NCBI GenBank assembly: GCA_000995415.1
Contig: LCEX01000001.1
Span: 60 to 64,059, forward strand
Direction: 5' to 3'
From: Candidatus Gottesmanbacteria bacterium GW2011_GWC1_43_10
Lineage (GTDB): Bacteria; Patescibacteriota; Microgenomatia; UBA10105
Length of the DNA: 64,000 bases
Notes under the pieces: generated by a model
The model's input: the letters and a program-made list of their open reading frames with translations, nothing else
Database searches by the model: none
Told to the model about the DNA's origin: nothing
Position numbers and translations under genes: made by a program
Shown here: positions 63,711 through 64,000 of the stretch, in pieces
Layout of the letters: every line of letters begins with the position of its first letter
Numbering within the stretch: position 1 is the stretch's first letter

Positions 63711-64000
63711 TTAAACTTTGAGATGTTTGATAAGATCGCGCAGACGGACAAGATAAGTGTGGTCTTTGGTGGTTCTTTTCCAGCCAGCGCGGGCAATTTT
63801 TTCCCGGGCCGACTCGTTTTTCAGATAAAATTTAGTCTTGGCTAGAGCTTCATCTGGGGTCTTAAAAACTTCTATTTCGTGGCCTATCTTGAAAAATTCT
63901 TCTAACGGATGATTGTACCAAGATAGCACAAATCCGCCTACACCAGTGGCTTCAAACATGCGGTAGTTGACAGAAATAATCGGCACGTTGTCTGTAGCCG
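63711..64000 (-). CDS. C-terminal fragment of a CgeB-like (DUF3880 / GT1-like) glycosyltransferase; gene continues beyond window end
   Basis: YNHPLEEFFKIGHEIEVFKTPDEALAKTKFYLKNESAREKIARAGWKRTTKDHTYLVRLRDLIKHL resembles the CgeB-family C-terminus. The ORF is open at the window edge. Confidence 0.45.
   Translation of the reverse strand, partial: ATDNVPIISVNYRMFEATGVGGFVLSWYNHPLEEFFKIGHEIEVFKTPDEALAKTKFYLKNESAREKIARAGWKRTTKDHTYLVRLRDLIKHLKV

Noticed and set aside
1-64000. Search for rRNA, tRNA, CRISPR arrays, transposases/integrases, prophage genes
   Set aside because: No cloverleaf-compatible tRNA sequences are present in the few intergenic gaps longer than 100 bp (1779-2014, 8491-8656, 12228-12403, 50264-50386, 51488-51610). 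No direct-repeat/spacer periodicity, and no DDE-transposase or tyrosine/serine-recombinase motifs were seen. The locus therefore does not look like a mobile island, although the 5.3-7.0 kb islet remains ambiguous.

Overview
This 64-kb window is a densely packed surface-glycan and glycosylation locus with low GC and few Shine-Dalgarno sequences. Together with its gene content, that suggests an uncultivated, possibly CPR/Patescibacteria-like, bacterium; this is an inference. Almost everything is on the + strand in overlapping, translationally coupled operons. I could support about 55 CDSs and found no rRNA, tRNA, CRISPR array or transposase. Three themes stand out. (1) 12.4-48.1 kb is a long + strand operon of GT2 and GT4 glycosyltransferases, two GtrB/DPM1-like polyprenyl-phosphate-sugar synthases (one paired with a DUF2304 protein), sugar-nucleotide epimerases, a UDP-galactopyranose-mutase-like flavoprotein and a SAM methyltransferase. 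It also holds many polytopic GT-C-type membrane proteins (YfhO-like, PIG-V-like, ArnT/PMT-like) and ends in a Wzx-type flippase and an RmlD-like reductase on the minus strand. (2) Within that operon, 14.2-26.3 kb is a tandem array of six full-length, diverged ArnT/PMT (GT39/GT83, COG1807-like) paralogs. The array is preceded by a catalytic-loop-deleted half-size paralog, interrupted by one unrelated polytopic membrane protein, and accompanied by two more distant ArnT-like genes at 7.0-8.5 kb (minus) and 39.2-40.7 kb. (3) 51.6-63.7 kb is a nonulosonic-acid (pseudaminic/legionaminic-type) biosynthesis cluster: PseB-like 4,6-dehydratase, DegT/PseC aminotransferase, NeuB/PseI-like synthase, PseF/NeuA-like cytidylyltransferase, PIG-L deacetylase, sugar N-formyltransferase and a Pse-associated methylase. 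Embedded in it is an unusual trio: a myo-inositol-1-phosphate-synthase-family enzyme, a PEP-utilizing (phosphohistidine swivel plus PEP/pyruvate TIM barrel) protein with no nucleotide-binding domain, and a separate, translationally coupled ATP-grasp protein (a split, permuted PEP-synthase-like pair). These sit next to a metallophosphoesterase. At 5.3-7.0 kb a small islet (hypothetical protein, Cas4/RecB-like PD-(D/E)XK nuclease with an Fe-S cysteine cluster, and a leaderless membrane-anchored protein) lies between GT-C genes. All family assignments come from motif recognition by eye; no database search was run.
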